A stretch of 64,000 nucleotides of DNA, taken from positions 352,001 through 416,000 of the forward strand of contig CBDDBZ010000036.1 in NCBI GenBank assembly GCA_965225945.1. Reading direction: 5' to 3'. The position numbers were made by a program, and so were the translations under genes. Shown piece by piece: positions 14,854 through 25,162 of the stretch. Numbering within the stretch: position 1 is the first letter of the stretch; the number at the start of each line of letters is the position of its first letter. The notes beneath the pieces are model-generated. The model did no database searches and had not been told where the DNA came from. It saw only the letters and a program-made list of their open reading frames with translations. Origin of the DNA: Alphaproteobacteria bacterium (lineage in GTDB: Bacteria > Pseudomonadota > Alphaproteobacteria > GCA-2731375).

Positions 14854-17800
14854 CTATAGCGGCTGCACGTCGATGACGCCGGGGACCGACTTGAGGGCGC
14901 CGCGCACCGCCGTGGTCATGGCGTAGCGGCCTTCGAGCGCGACCTCGACCTCGCGGTGGGCGGCGATCCGGACAGCCAAATGCACCGCTGAGCGCCCGCC
15001 CTTGTGCTCCGCCAGCAGGGCACCGAGGCCCGAAAGCGGGCTCTCGTCGTGGAGGAAGATGCGGATGTCGCCGCCACTCTCGGCGCCGACCTGCTCGATG
15101 TCGCGGATCGACTGCACCGTGAGCCGCTGGGAATCGCCCTCCTCGCGCGCGTCGACCTCGATGACGACGGAGCGGCCGACCTCCAGCAGGTCGCGCTGTG
15201 CCGTCAGGGTCTCGGAAAACACCGTCACCTCGAACATCCCGCTGGCATCGGAAAGTTGCACGAAGGCGTAGCGCTTGCCGCGCGCGGAGTTGCGCTCGCG
15301 CTTCGAGAGGATGGTGCCGGCGAGGTTGAAGCGATTGGCGCCCCGGGCCATTCGCTCCCCCAGCTCGGCGTGGCTGACGACGCCGGCCAGCTCCAGCACC
15401 TCCCGGCAGGCATCCAGCGGATGGGCCGAGAGATAGAAGCCGATGGCGTCGAACTCCTGGGCCAATTTGTCGGTCTCGTTCCACTCGGCCACCAGGGGAA
15501 GCGCCGGGGTCACTTCGTCGGCGTCGCCCGCCTCGCCGAACAGGTTGGTTTGCGAACTCTCCCGCTCCTCCGCCGTGCGGTTGGCGTAGCGCAGCAGCAG
15601 CTCGACGGCCGCCAGCACCTGCGCCCGGTTCGCCGCCAGGGTATCGAAGGCGCCGGCGCGGGCCAGGTTCTCGAGGCTCCGCTTGTTCAACACTCGGGGG
15701 TCGATCCGCCGGGCGAAATCCCACAGATCGATGAAGTCGCCGTTTTCTCGCCGCTCCTCGACGATACTCCCCATGGCGCCCCGGCCGACGTTGCGGATGG
15801 CGGCGAGCGCATAGCGCACCGCGCCCGGGCCCGACCCGTCCGCCGCTTCCACCACGAACTCGACCTCCGAGCGGTTGATGTCCGGCACCAGCAGTTCGAC
15901 GCCCAGACGATCGAGCTCCTGGCGGAAGACGTTGAGCTTGTCGGTGTTGGCGAGGTCGAGGGTCATGGAGGCGGCGAGGAACTCGACGGAATAGTTGGCC
16001 TTCAGGTAGGCGGTCTGATAGGCGACCAGCGCATAGGCCGCCGAATGCGCCTTGTTGAAGCCGTAGCCGGCGAACTTGTCCACCAATTCGAAGACGTAGG
16101 AGGCCCGCTCGGCGGAGACGCCCCGGGCCTTGGCGCCCTCGACGAAATCGTCGCGCTGGGCCTCCATCTCCGCCTTGATCTTCTTGCCCATGGCGCGGCG
16201 CAGCAGGTCGGCCTGGCCCAGCGTGTAGCCGGCGAAGACCTGGGCGATCTGCATCACCTGTTCCTGGTAGATGATGACGCCGTAGGTATCCTTCACCACC
16301 GGCTCGATCGTCTCGTGCAGATGCTCGGGCTGCTCGCGGCCGTGCTTGCAGGCGATGTATTTGGGAATGTTCTCCATCGGGCCGGGACGGAAGAGGGCAA
16401 CCAGCGCGATCAGGTCCTCGATGTTGGAGGGCTTCGAGTCGCGTAGCAGGTCTCGCATCCCGCCGCTTTCGAACTGGAAGATGCCCACCGCCTCGGCCCG
16501 CTTGAGCATCGCGTAGGTCGGCGGATCGTCGAGCGGGATCGCATCGATGTCGAGTTCCACGCCGCGCCGGGCCAGCAGCGCCAGCGCCCGCTGGATGACC
16601 GTCAGCGTCTTCAAGCCGAGGAAATCGAACTTCACCAGGCCGGCCGCTTCCACCCACTTCATGGTGAACTGGGTGACCGGCATCTCGGAGCGGGGATCGC
16701 GGTAGAGCGGGACCAGCTCGACCAGCGGCCGGTCGCCGATCACCACGCCGGCGGCATGGGTCGAGGCGTGGCGATAGAGCCCCTCCAGCCGCATGGCGAT
16801 GGCGATCAGCCGGCCCACGGTGGGATCCCTCTCGCGTTCTTCGCGAAGCCTGGGTTCCGCCTCCAGGGCTTGCGCCAGGCTCACCGGATTGGCCGGGTTG
16901 TTCGGCACCAGTTTCGACAGCCGGTCGACCTGGCCGTAGGGCATGGCCAGCACGCGGCCGACGTCGCGCAGCACGGCCCTGGCCTGCAACTTGCCGAAGG
17001 TGATGATCTGGGCGACCTGATCGTGGCCGTACTTCTCCTGCACGTAGTGGATGACCCGGTCGCGCTGGTCCTGGCAGAAATCGATGTCGAAGTCCGGCAT
17101 CGACACCCGATCGGGGTTGAGGAAACGCTCGAACAGCAGGCCGAAGCGCAGCGGGTCGAGATCGGTGACCCCGAGCGCCCAGGCGACCACGGAACCGGCG
17201 CCCGAGCCTCGTCCCGGGCCGACCGGTATCCCCTCCCGCTTGGCCCACTGGACGAAGTCGGCGACGATCATGAAATAGCCGGCGAAGCCCATCTCGACGA
17301 TGACCCCGAGCTCGAAGGCGAGCCGTTCCCGGTAGGGGGCGAGGGGGTCCGCGCCGGCCGTCTCGGCCTCATCCGTCCCGCCGATGGCGTCGCGAATGGC
17401 CGGCGTGGCCAGGCGCCCCTCCAATCCCTCCCTCGCCGTGCGGCGCAGCAGTTCCGCCTCGTCTTCGCCCGGGGCGGCGAAGCGTGGCAGGATCGGCTCG
17501 CGCAAGGGCGCCCGGTAGGCGCAGCGCCGGGCGACGACCAGGGTGTTGTCCACCGCCTCCGGCAGGTCGGAGAACATCGCCCGCATTTCGCCCGCCGGCT
17601 TGAAATAGTGCTCGGCCGTGACCCGCCGGCGATCGTCCTCGCCGAGGGTCGTTCCCTGGTCGATGCAGAGCAGCGCGTCGTGCGCCTCGTGCATGTCGGG
17701 AGTGGCGAAATAGACGTCGTTGGTGGCGATCAACGGCAGCTCGAGGTCATAGGCGAGGTCGAGGAAGGCCACCTCGGTCCGTTGTTCGATGCCCATGCCA

Positions 17801-18372
17801 TGGCGTTGCAGCTCGATATAGAAGCGGCCCTCGAAGATCCTCGCCAACCGCTCGACCAAGGCCCGCGCCTCCCCCTCCCGCGCGCCCAGCAGCAGTCGGC
17901 CGAGCGGACCCTCGGCCCCGCCCGAAAGGCAGATCAGTCCCTCGCTCCCCGCTTCCAGGTCGGCGAGGTGGATTTCCGCCGGCTCTGTGCCGGTGGATTG
18001 CATGAAGGCCTTGGTGGAAAGCTCGAGCAGGTTTCGGTAGCCGGTCTCGTCACGCGCCAGCAGCACGATTCGCTCCGGCCGACGGCGGTGACCGCCGTTA
18101 CCGTGACCGCTACCCTTGCCGTTACCGTTGCGCCGGCCTTCACCGTCCTCCGGCGCGAGTGCCAAGGCCGAGCCCATGATCGGCTGCACGCCGGCCTTGC
18201 TCATGACCTCGGCGAATTCGAGCGCGCCGAAGAGGTTGCCGCTGTCGGTCAGTGCCAGGGCCGGCATCGCCTCGGCCTGGCAGAGCCCGGCCAGATCCTT
18301 GATCTGAATCGCCCCCTCGGCGAGGGAATAGGCGGAATGGACGCGGAGGTGGACGAAATCGGCGTGCGGCAT
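14854..18372 (-). CDS. dnaE: DNA polymerase III alpha subunit
   Basis: FVHLRVHSAYSL PHP domain, GRGSGAGS, SMPDFDIDF, FNKAHSAAY. Start moved to MPHADF. Confidence 0.98.
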   Translation of the reverse strand: MPHADFVHLRVHSAYSLAEGAIQIKDLAGLCQAEAMPALALTDSGNLFGALEFAEVMSKAGVQPIMGSALALAPEDGEGRRNGNGKGSGHGNGGHRRRPERIVLLARDETGYRNLLELSTKAFMQSTGTEPAEIHLADLEAGSEGLICLSGGAEGPLGRLLLGAREGEARALVERLARIFEGRFYIELQRHGMGIEQRTEVAFLDLAYDLELPLIATNDVYFATPDMHEAHDALLCIDQGTTLGEDDRRRVTAEHYFKPAGEMRAMFSDLPEAVDNTLVVARRCAYRAPLREPILPRFAAPGEDEAELLRRTAREGLEGRLATPAIRDAIGGTDEAETAGADPLAPYRERLAFELGVIVEMGFAGYFMIVADFVQWAKREGIPVGPGRGSGAGSVVAWALGVTDLDPLRFGLLFERFLNPDRVSMPDFDIDFCQDQRDRVIHYVQEKYGHDQVAQIITFGKLQARAVLRDVGRVLAMPYGQVDRLSKLVPNNPANPVSLAQALEAEPRLREERERDPTVGRLIAIAMRLEGLYRHASTHAAGVVIGDRPLVELVPLYRDPRSEMPVTQFTMKWVEAAGLVKFDFLGLKTLTVIQRALALLARRGVELDIDAIPLDDPPTYAMLKRAEAVGIFQFESGGMRDLLRDSKPSNIEDLIALVALFRPGPMENIPKYIACKHGREQPEHLHETIEPVVKDTYGVIIYQEQVMQIAQVFAGYTLGQADLLRRAMGKKIKAEMEAQRDDFVEGAKARGVSAERASYVFELVDKFAGYGFNKAHSAAYALVAYQTAYLKANYSVEFLAASMTLDLANTDKLNVFRQELDRLGVELLVPDINRSEVEFVVEAADGSGPGAVRYALAAIRNVGRGAMGSIVEERRENGDFIDLWDFARRIDPRVLNKRSLENLARAGAFDTLAANRAQVLAAVELLLRYANRTAEERESSQTNLFGEAGDADEVTPALPLVAEWNETDKLAQEFDAIGFYLSAHPLDACREVLELAGVVSHAELGERMARGANRFNLAGTILSKRERNSARGKRYAFVQLSDASGMFEVTVFSETLTAQRDLLEVGRSVVIEVDAREEGDSQRLTVQSIRDIEQVGAESGGDIRIFLHDESPLSGLGALLAEHKGGRSAVHLAVRIAAHREVEVALEGRYAMTTAVRGALKSVPGVIDVQPL

Positions 18373-18483
18373 GGCGCTCGGGCGTGATTCGGTATTGCGA
18401 ATTTTCTCACGCGGCCCGCAACGAGTCATGTGCGCGTCCGCCGGGGTTGCCCGAAACCTGTGGATAACTCGCGTCCGCTCGGC

Positions 18484-19164
18484 TCAATCCTCGACCAGCC
18501 GGCCCTCGACCAGCCGCATGACGCGATCCATCCGCCCTGCCAGGGCTTGGTTATGGGTCGCGATCAGCGCGCCCAGCTCCTGGTTTCGCGCCGCCATCAC
18601 CAGTTCCTCGAAGACGGCCTCGGCCGTCGCCTGGTCCAGATTCCCGGTCGGCTCGTCGGCCAGTAGCAGGGCCGGCCGGTTGGCGACGGCGCGGGCGATG
18701 GCGACACGCTGCTGCTCGCCGCCGGAAAGCCGGGCCGGGCGATGCTCGACCCGCTCGCCCAGTCCGAGACGCTCTAGCAGTTCCGCCGCCCGCTCGCGGG
18801 CTTGCGCCTTGGTTTGGCCGGCGATGCGCAGCGGCAGCATGACGTTCTCGAGCGCCGTGAATTCCGGCAGCAGGTGGTGGTACTGGTAGACGAAGCCGAT
18901 CGCGTCGCGCCGGATCCGGGTTCTGGCAGCCTCGCCGATGCGAGCGCAGGCCTCGCCTTGGATCTCGACCTCGCCGCCGTCCGGCGGCTCCAACAGTCCG
19001 GCGATATGCAGCAGGGTCGATTTGCCGGCGCCCGAGGGAGCGACGAGGGCGACGATCTCTCCCGCTGCCAGGGTCAGGCTCGCCCCCGCCAAGACCTCGA
19101 TACGCTTGTCGCCCTGAACGAAGGTGCGCTCGATGTTCCCGAGCAGCAGGACCGGCGCGGCCAT
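18484..19164 (-). CDS. lolD: lipoprotein-releasing ABC transporter ATP-binding protein
   Basis: [26 protein letters not shown]; downstream of the Lol permease. Confidence 0.93.
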   Translation of the reverse strand: MAAPVLLLGNIERTFVQGDKRIEVLAGASLTLAAGEIVALVAPSGAGKSTLLHIAGLLEPPDGGEVEIQGEACARIGEAARTRIRRDAIGFVYQYHHLLPEFTALENVMLPLRIAGQTKAQARERAAELLERLGLGERVEHRPARLSGGEQQRVAIARAVANRPALLLADEPTGNLDQATAEAVFEELVMAARNQELGALIATHNQALAGRMDRVMRLVEGRLVED

Positions 19165-19168
19165 CGGC

Positions 19169-20413
19169 TCACTCGTAGCGGAGCGCGTCGACGGGGTCGA
19201 GGCTTGCCGCCCGCCAAGAGGGATAGAGCGTCGCCAGGAACGACAGCACCAGCGCCATGGCGACGATCGCGACGACCTCGTTCGCGTCGATCTTGGCCGG
19301 CAGGCGGGAGAGGAAATAGATCTCCGCCGCGAACAGATTGGTGTCGGTCAGCCGCTCCAGGAGGCGGCGAATGGTCTCGATGTTGAGGCAGAAGACCACG
19401 CCCAGGATCAACCCGGCGATGGTCCCGGCCACGCCGATCGAGGCCCCGGCCAGGAGAAAGATCCGCATCACCGCGCCGCGCGTGGCGCCCATGGTCCGCA
19501 GGATGGCGATCTGCTTGGCCTTGTCCTTCACCAGCATGATCAGACTGGAGATGATGTTGAAGGCGGCGATCAGGATGATCAGCGTCAGGATCATGAACAT
19601 GACGTTGCGCTCGACTTGCAGCGCGTTGAAGAAATGCTGGTTGACTTGGCGCCAGGTGACCACCCGGCCGAGGTCGCCGACGGCGCGGACCAGCGCGCGG
19701 CGATGGCGGGCGACGTCGTCCGGGTCGTCCACCATGATCTCGACGCCGGAGACCTGGTCCGCCGTTCGGAAGAAGATCTGCGCCGCCTTCAAGGGCATGA
19801 AAACATAGCTCGAGTCGTATTCGTACATGCCGACCTGGAAGGTGGCGACGATTCGATAGGCCTTGTGGCGGGGGACCGAGCCGAACGGCGTCGAAGTGTT
19901 CTGTGGGGCGACGAGGGTCAGCCGATCGCCGACGCCGACGCCGAGCCCGCTGGCGAGCCTGGCGCCGACCAGAATCGCGTTCTTGCCCTCGAAATCCGCC
20001 AGGCTCCCGGCCACGATCTTTTGGGAGACGAGCGGGCGTCGGCGCAAATCCTCGGGCCGCGTGCCCCGGATCAGCGCGCCGCGCGCCCGATTGTTCGCCA
20101 TCGCCATCACCTGGCCCTCGATCACCGGACCGGAGGCGACGACGCCCGGCAGCTTCCGCACCCGCTCATTCACCTCGGCGTGCGGCACCAGGTTGCCCTC
20201 GAAGGCGCGGACCACGAAATGGCCGTTGATGCCGAGTATTCGGCCCAGGAGCTCGGCGCGAAAGCCGTTCATCACGCTCATCACGATGATCAGCGTGGCG
20301 ACGCCCAAGGCGATACCGCAGAAGGAGAACACGGCGATGACGGAGATGAAGCCCTCGGTCCGGCGCGCGCGCAGGTAACGCGCGGCCATCATCCATTCGA
20401 AGCGGTGGAACAT
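19169..20413 (-). CDS. lolE: lipoprotein-releasing ABC transporter permease (LolC/E)
   Basis: [42 protein letters not shown]. Confidence 0.93.
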   Translation of the reverse strand: MFHRFEWMMAARYLRARRTEGFISVIAVFSFCGIALGVATLIIVMSVMNGFRAELLGRILGINGHFVVRAFEGNLVPHAEVNERVRKLPGVVASGPVIEGQVMAMANNRARGALIRGTRPEDLRRRPLVSQKIVAGSLADFEGKNAILVGARLASGLGVGVGDRLTLVAPQNTSTPFGSVPRHKAYRIVATFQVGMYEYDSSYVFMPLKAAQIFFRTADQVSGVEIMVDDPDDVARHRRALVRAVGDLGRVVTWRQVNQHFFNALQVERNVMFMILTLIILIAAFNIISSLIMLVKDKAKQIAILRTMGATRGAVMRIFLLAGASIGVAGTIAGLILGVVFCLNIETIRRLLERLTDTNLFAAEIYFLSRLPAKIDANEVVAIVAMALVLSFLATLYPSWRAASLDPVDALRYE

Positions 20414-20419
20414 GGGCCC

Positions 20420-21739
20420 CTATTCCGTGACCCGGCTGAGCGCATCCTCGGGCGACAGCGTCTCCCGTTCGCCGTCGCGCCGCCGCTTGACCTCGACGGT
20501 GCCCCCTTGGACGCCGCGCGGGCCGACGACGAGCTGCCAGGGAAGGCCGATCAGGTCCATGGTCGCGAACTTGGCCCCCGCCCGCTCGTCGGTGTCGTCA
20601 TGCAAGACCTCGACGCCGGCGACACGGAGCTTGCCATGGAGTTCCTCGGCCAGCGCGTCGCAGCCCGCATCGCCGGTCTTGAGGTTGATCAGGCCGACGC
20701 GGAAGGGCGCCACGCTCTCGGGCCAGATGATGCCGTCGTCGTCATGGCTCGCCTCGATGATGCCGCCGACCAGGCGGCTGACCCCGATGCCGTAGGAGCC
20801 CATCTCGACCGCCACCTGTTCGCCGTCGGGGCCGGTCACGAAAGCACCCAGGGTCTTCGAATATTTGGTGCCGAAATAGAAAATGTGCCCGACCTCGATG
20901 CCGCGCGCCTCGACGCGCTTGTCCTCGGGGACTTCGGTGGCGAAGCGCTCGGCGTCGTGCTGGTCGTCCGTCGCCGCATAGAGCCTGGTCCAGCGCTCGA
21001 CGATCGGCTGCAGGTCGGCCTCGTAGTCGACAGTGCTCTCGATGGGGTCGAAATCGATGAAATCGCCGTGGCAATAGACCTGCGATTCACCGGTATCCGC
21101 CAGGATCAGGAACTCGTGGCTCATGTCGCCGCCGATGGGGCCCGATTCCGCCTCCATGGGAATCGCCTTCAGTCCCATCCGGGCGAAGGTTCTGAGATAG
21201 GCCACGAACATCTTGTTGTAGGAGTGGCGGGCGCCGGCGAAGTCGAAATCGAATGAATAGTTGTCCTTCATCAAGAATTCCCGCCCGCGCATCACGCCGA
21301 AGCGGGGGCGCACCTCGTCGCGGAACTTCCATTGAATGTGATAGAGATTGCGGGGCAGTTGACGGTAGCTGTGGATCGAATTCTTGAAGATGTCGGTGAT
21401 CAGCTCCTCGTTGGTGGGGCCATAGAGCATCGCCCGCTCGTGCCGATCGGTGATCCTGAGCATCTCCTTGCCGTAATCCTCGTAGCGCCCGCTTTCGATC
21501 CAGAGGTCGGCCGACTGGATGGTCGGCATCAGGACTTCCTGGGCGCCGGTCGCGTTCTGCTCCTCGCGGACGATTCGCTCGATTCTGTCCATCACCCTGA
21601 GGCCCAGCGGCAGCCAGGAGTAGATCCCGGCCGCGGCCTGGCGGATCATCCCCGCCCTGAGCATCAGGCGATGCGAGACGATCTGCGCCTCGGCCGGATT
21701 CTCCCGCAGGATCGGCATGAAGTACTGGGTCATTCGCAT
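20420..21739 (-). CDS. proS: proline--tRNA ligase (short alphaproteobacterial type)
   Basis: [39 protein letters not shown]. Confidence 0.97.
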   Translation of the reverse strand: MRMTQYFMPILRENPAEAQIVSHRLMLRAGMIRQAAAGIYSWLPLGLRVMDRIERIVREEQNATGAQEVLMPTIQSADLWIESGRYEDYGKEMLRITDRHERAMLYGPTNEELITDIFKNSIHSYRQLPRNLYHIQWKFRDEVRPRFGVMRGREFLMKDNYSFDFDFAGARHSYNKMFVAYLRTFARMGLKAIPMEAESGPIGGDMSHEFLILADTGESQVYCHGDFIDFDPIESTVDYEADLQPIVERWTRLYAATDDQHDAERFATEVPEDKRVEARGIEVGHIFYFGTKYSKTLGAFVTGPDGEQVAVEMGSYGIGVSRLVGGIIEASHDDDGIIWPESVAPFRVGLINLKTGDAGCDALAEELHGKLRVAGVEVLHDDTDERAGAKFATMDLIGLPWQLVVGPRGVQGGTVEVKRRRDGERETLSPEDALSRVTE

Positions 21740-21926
21740 GGGCTCACTCCCGAGCGGCGCGCGCACCCTTGCCTCGCAAGGCGGTGATTTAATCTATTAA
21801 ATTCAATCTCGTAAACAGCGACTCAAATGCGAACTCTCAAGCCTCCGACGGGTCCGGATCTGCCATGACCGGGCGCCCGCGAGGCCGGCCCCTGCCTAAC
21901 ACGGGACCCTTGGCGGCGTCGAGGGC

Positions 21927-23675
21927 TCATCCCGGCAGGCCGGCCGCGGACAGCGTTCGCGACAGGCGCTCGCGCACTCCCGACGGCCAGAGGGGCCAGC
22001 GCGCCATGACATGCTCGATCGTCAGTTCCGGATATTGTGCGGCCAGCTCCGCCACGATCTCGCGCGCGGCCTCGCCTCGCTCCCGCGTCACGTGGAAATC
22101 GGCGAGAAAGACTCGCGGCCAGGGGATGTGATCGCTCGCAACCGTCACGGCCGCCGTCAACGCCGTTTCCGCGCCCTCGGGGTCGCCCAGCTCCACCAGA
22201 CACCAGCCACGCCCGATCTCCGTCGCCCAGCGCAGGGGATCGCGCGGGCTCAGGCGAACGAACCGATCGCCGCTCTCCAGCGCCTCGCGGTACCGTCCGT
22301 CGAGCAGCAGCGCCGACGTCATGGCCTGATAGCCGAGCGCGAAATTCGGGTTGAGCGCGACCGCGTGGCGCGTTTCGGCGATCGCCCGCCCCAAATCACC
22401 CTTCCAATAGAGTGCGCGACCGTGCTGGGCATGGGCGAAGGGGTCGCGATCGTCGGCCGCCACCGCCTTCTCGGCCAGCGCCAGGCATTTGTTCCGCGCC
22501 GCGTCGACATCGTCGACGAAACTCATGTAGGCGGAATCGTAAAGCAGCCAGGAATAACCAGCGTAGGCCGTGGCGAAACCGGGGTCGGCCGCGATCGCCC
22601 GCTCGAACAGCGACTCGGCCTCGGCCGAATGCCCGCGGTCGCGACGATCGAGGTGCCACATGGCGCGGTGGCAGAGGTCCCAGGCATCGAACTGCTCCGG
22701 CGGCTTTCGGGCGGCCCGCTGGCGCTCGGCGCCCGCGAGTTCCGGCTCGACCGCAACGACGATCGCCTGTTGAATTTCGTCCTGTAGATCGAAGACGTCG
22801 ACCAGTTCCCGGTCGTAACGCTCTGCCCAAATGTGGTTGCCGCTCGCCGCCTCGATGAGCTGCGCGGTGACGCGAACGCGGTTGCCGGCCTTGCGAACGC
22901 TGCCTTCCAATACGTAGCGCACGCCCAACTCGCGGCCGACCACCTTCACGTCCACGGCCGAGCCCTTGTAGGTAAAGCTGGAATTGCGGGCGATGACGAA
23001 GAACCAGCGAAACTTCGAGAGCGCGGTGATGATGTCCTCGGCGATGCCGTCGGCGAAGTATTCCTGCTCCGGGTCGCCCGACATGTTGGCGAAGGGCAGG
23101 ACGGCGATCGAGGGCTTGTCGGGCAGGGAAGGCGCTGCCCTGGGCGCGATACCCGGCGACCAAGCCCAGACCCGGATCGGACGGGCGATGTTCTTGAGGC
23201 TCTGCTCGCCGCGATCCTCGAAGCGGGCGTCCAGGCGATCGCGCACATCCTCGTGGACCCGGTGGGAGACGGCGATGCCGCCGGGCTCGGCGACCTCCTG
23301 TAAGCGCGCCGCGACGTTGACCCCGTCGCCCAGGATGTCCTCGCCATCGATGATGATGTCGCCCTGATTGACGCCCACGCGGAAGACGATGCGTTCATCC
23401 TCGGACACGTCCGCGTTGCGCGCGGCCAGGCCCTCTTGGGTTTCGATCGCGCAGCGGGTCGCCGCGACCACCGAGGGGAACTCCAGCAGCAAGCCGTCGC
23501 CCATGGTCTTGACGATCCGTCCGCCGTGCGTCGCAATCAAAGGATCGATCAGCTCGCGGCGATGGGCGCGCAAGCGGTCGAGCGTTCCTGTCTCGTCCAC
23601 GCCCATGAGACGGGAATAGCCGACGACATCCGCCGCCACGATCACCGCCAACCTGCGCTGCATCCCCTCCGCCAT
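21927..23675 (-). CDS. class III adenylate cyclase with TolB-like and TPR domains
   Basis: AADVVGYS, KTMGDG, GDGVNVAARL; PSIAVLPF..YFADG; TPR helices. Confidence 0.92.
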   Translation of the reverse strand: MAEGMQRRLAVIVAADVVGYSRLMGVDETGTLDRLRAHRRELIDPLIATHGGRIVKTMGDGLLLEFPSVVAATRCAIETQEGLAARNADVSEDERIVFRVGVNQGDIIIDGEDILGDGVNVAARLQEVAEPGGIAVSHRVHEDVRDRLDARFEDRGEQSLKNIARPIRVWAWSPGIAPRAAPSLPDKPSIAVLPFANMSGDPEQEYFADGIAEDIITALSKFRWFFVIARNSSFTYKGSAVDVKVVGRELGVRYVLEGSVRKAGNRVRVTAQLIEAASGNHIWAERYDRELVDVFDLQDEIQQAIVVAVEPELAGAERQRAARKPPEQFDAWDLCHRAMWHLDRRDRGHSAEAESLFERAIAADPGFATAYAGYSWLLYDSAYMSFVDDVDAARNKCLALAEKAVAADDRDPFAHAQHGRALYWKGDLGRAIAETRHAVALNPNFALGYQAMTSALLLDGRYREALESGDRFVRLSPRDPLRWATEIGRGWCLVELGDPEGAETALTAAVTVASDHIPWPRVFLADFHVTRERGEAAREIVAELAAQYPELTIEHVMARWPLWPSGVRERLSRTLSAAGLPG

Positions 23676-23737
23676 GGGCTGGAGTGTAGTCAAGCGGCTG
23701 GGCGGTAGGAACGCATTTCCATACCTGCTGGAGCCGG

Positions 23738-24388
23738 CTATTCGTGGCGGTAGCCGTCTTCGGCGAGGATGGAGAGAAATTCGCGCCGGGTCGAGGCGTC
23801 CTTGCGGAAGCTGCCGAGCATGCGGCTGGTCACCATGTCGACGCCGGGATTGTGCACGCCGCGCGTGGTCATGCATTGATGCGCCGCCTTGACGACCACG
23901 CCGATACCCAGCGGTTTCAGCACGTCCTCGATGGTGTTGGCGATCTGCGCCGTCAACTTCTCCTGGATCTGCAGGCGCTTGGCATAGATTTCGACGATCC
24001 GGGCGAGCTTGGAGATGCCGACGACGCGTCGCCTCGGCAGGTAGCCGATATGGACGACGCCGATGATCGGCGCCATGTGATGCTCGCAGTGGCTCTCGAA
24101 GCGGATGTTGCGCAGCACGACCATCTCGTCGTAGCCCTCGACCTCCTCGAAGGTGCGCCGGAGGATCTCCACCGGATCCTCGCGGTAGCCGGCGTAGTAT
24201 TCATCGTAGCTGCGGACCACACGGTCGGGCGTGCCCGCCAGGCCCTCGCGCCTCGGATCGTCGCCGGCCCAACGGATCAGGGTCTCGACCGCTCGCAAGG
24301 CGTCCTCCCGGCTCGGGCGCTCGGGCCTCGCCGCGCCGTCGTCGGCGCCGTGAATTTCGGTGACCTTACCGGTATTGCCTATCGCCAT
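23738..24388 (-). CDS. folE: GTP cyclohydrolase I
   Basis: [27 protein letters not shown]. Confidence 0.96.
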   Translation of the reverse strand: MAIGNTGKVTEIHGADDGAARPERPSREDALRAVETLIRWAGDDPRREGLAGTPDRVVRSYDEYYAGYREDPVEILRRTFEEVEGYDEMVVLRNIRFESHCEHHMAPIIGVVHIGYLPRRRVVGISKLARIVEIYAKRLQIQEKLTAQIANTIEDVLKPLGIGVVVKAAHQCMTTRGVHNPGVDMVTSRMLGSFRKDASTRREFLSILAEDGYRHE

Positions 24389-24560
24389 GCTCGATTCTCC
24401 ACCAACCCGTTTCCGACAGCCCTCGAGTACCGTGGGCGCAATAGACCACCGCCGCCCCGCCGCGCCAAGCGCCTTCGCCCTTCGGCTCGCGGAGCCTCGC
24501 CGGCCGGTGGAGCACGCGCGGGCTGACGCCAGCGCCGAGAGAGCTATATCATTCCACGCC

Positions 24561-25019
24561 ATGAGACGAGCAATGAATTGGTGGACCTCGGCTTTTGTCG
24601 CCGTCTGGGCGGTGCTGGCGCCGGCCGGCGCGTTGCCCGAGGAAATTCGCGGCGCGGTCGAGGTCGTCGACGGCGATACCCTGCGGGTCGGCGGCGTGGC
24701 GCTCGATCTCGCCGGCATCAGGGCGCCGGTCCCGGGCACGATCTGCGAGGTGGCGGGCAAGGCCATCGACTGCGGGCGGATCGCCACCACCGCGCTGATG
24801 GATCTTACGGCGGGTGCCCGCGTGGTCTGCCGGAGGCTCGGCGGTGGGCAAGGGGAGGCGGCACGGCTCGCCCGCTGCACCGCGGGCGGCTACGACCTCT
24901 CGGAAGGAATGGCCTACACCGGCTGGGCCGTGGCCGAGCCGCCGGGCACTTCCCGTTACGCCCGCCACGAGCGCGACGCCCGTACCCGGGGCCGGGGCAT
25001 GTGGCGCCGCAAGCGCTGA
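24561..25019 (+). CDS. thermonuclease (SNase)-family exported protein
   Basis: Signal peptide, VVDGDT, L.GI.AP, C..G..A, GWA, AR..GRGMW. Confidence 0.85.
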   Translation: MRRAMNWWTSAFVAVWAVLAPAGALPEEIRGAVEVVDGDTLRVGGVALDLAGIRAPVPGTICEVAGKAIDCGRIATTALMDLTAGARVVCRRLGGGQGEAARLARCTAGGYDLSEGMAYTGWAVAEPPGTSRYARHERDARTRGRGMWRRKR

Positions 25020-25162
25020 GGCGCCGTCGGGGTCATTCGTCGCGCGTGAAAAAGTCCCTCGGCTTCGCCTCGGTAGCGGTTTTCACGATCAACCACTTGC
25101 TCCCGGAACCGCTCGGGTGCTTAGCTTCTCGTCGGCGCGGCGAACGAGCTGGCGATGCAATC

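Noticed and set aside
18092-18130. Hexamer-like repeats in dnaE (NGNGKGSGHGNGGH)
   Set aside because: In-frame low-complexity loop in the PHP domain; no intein motifs.
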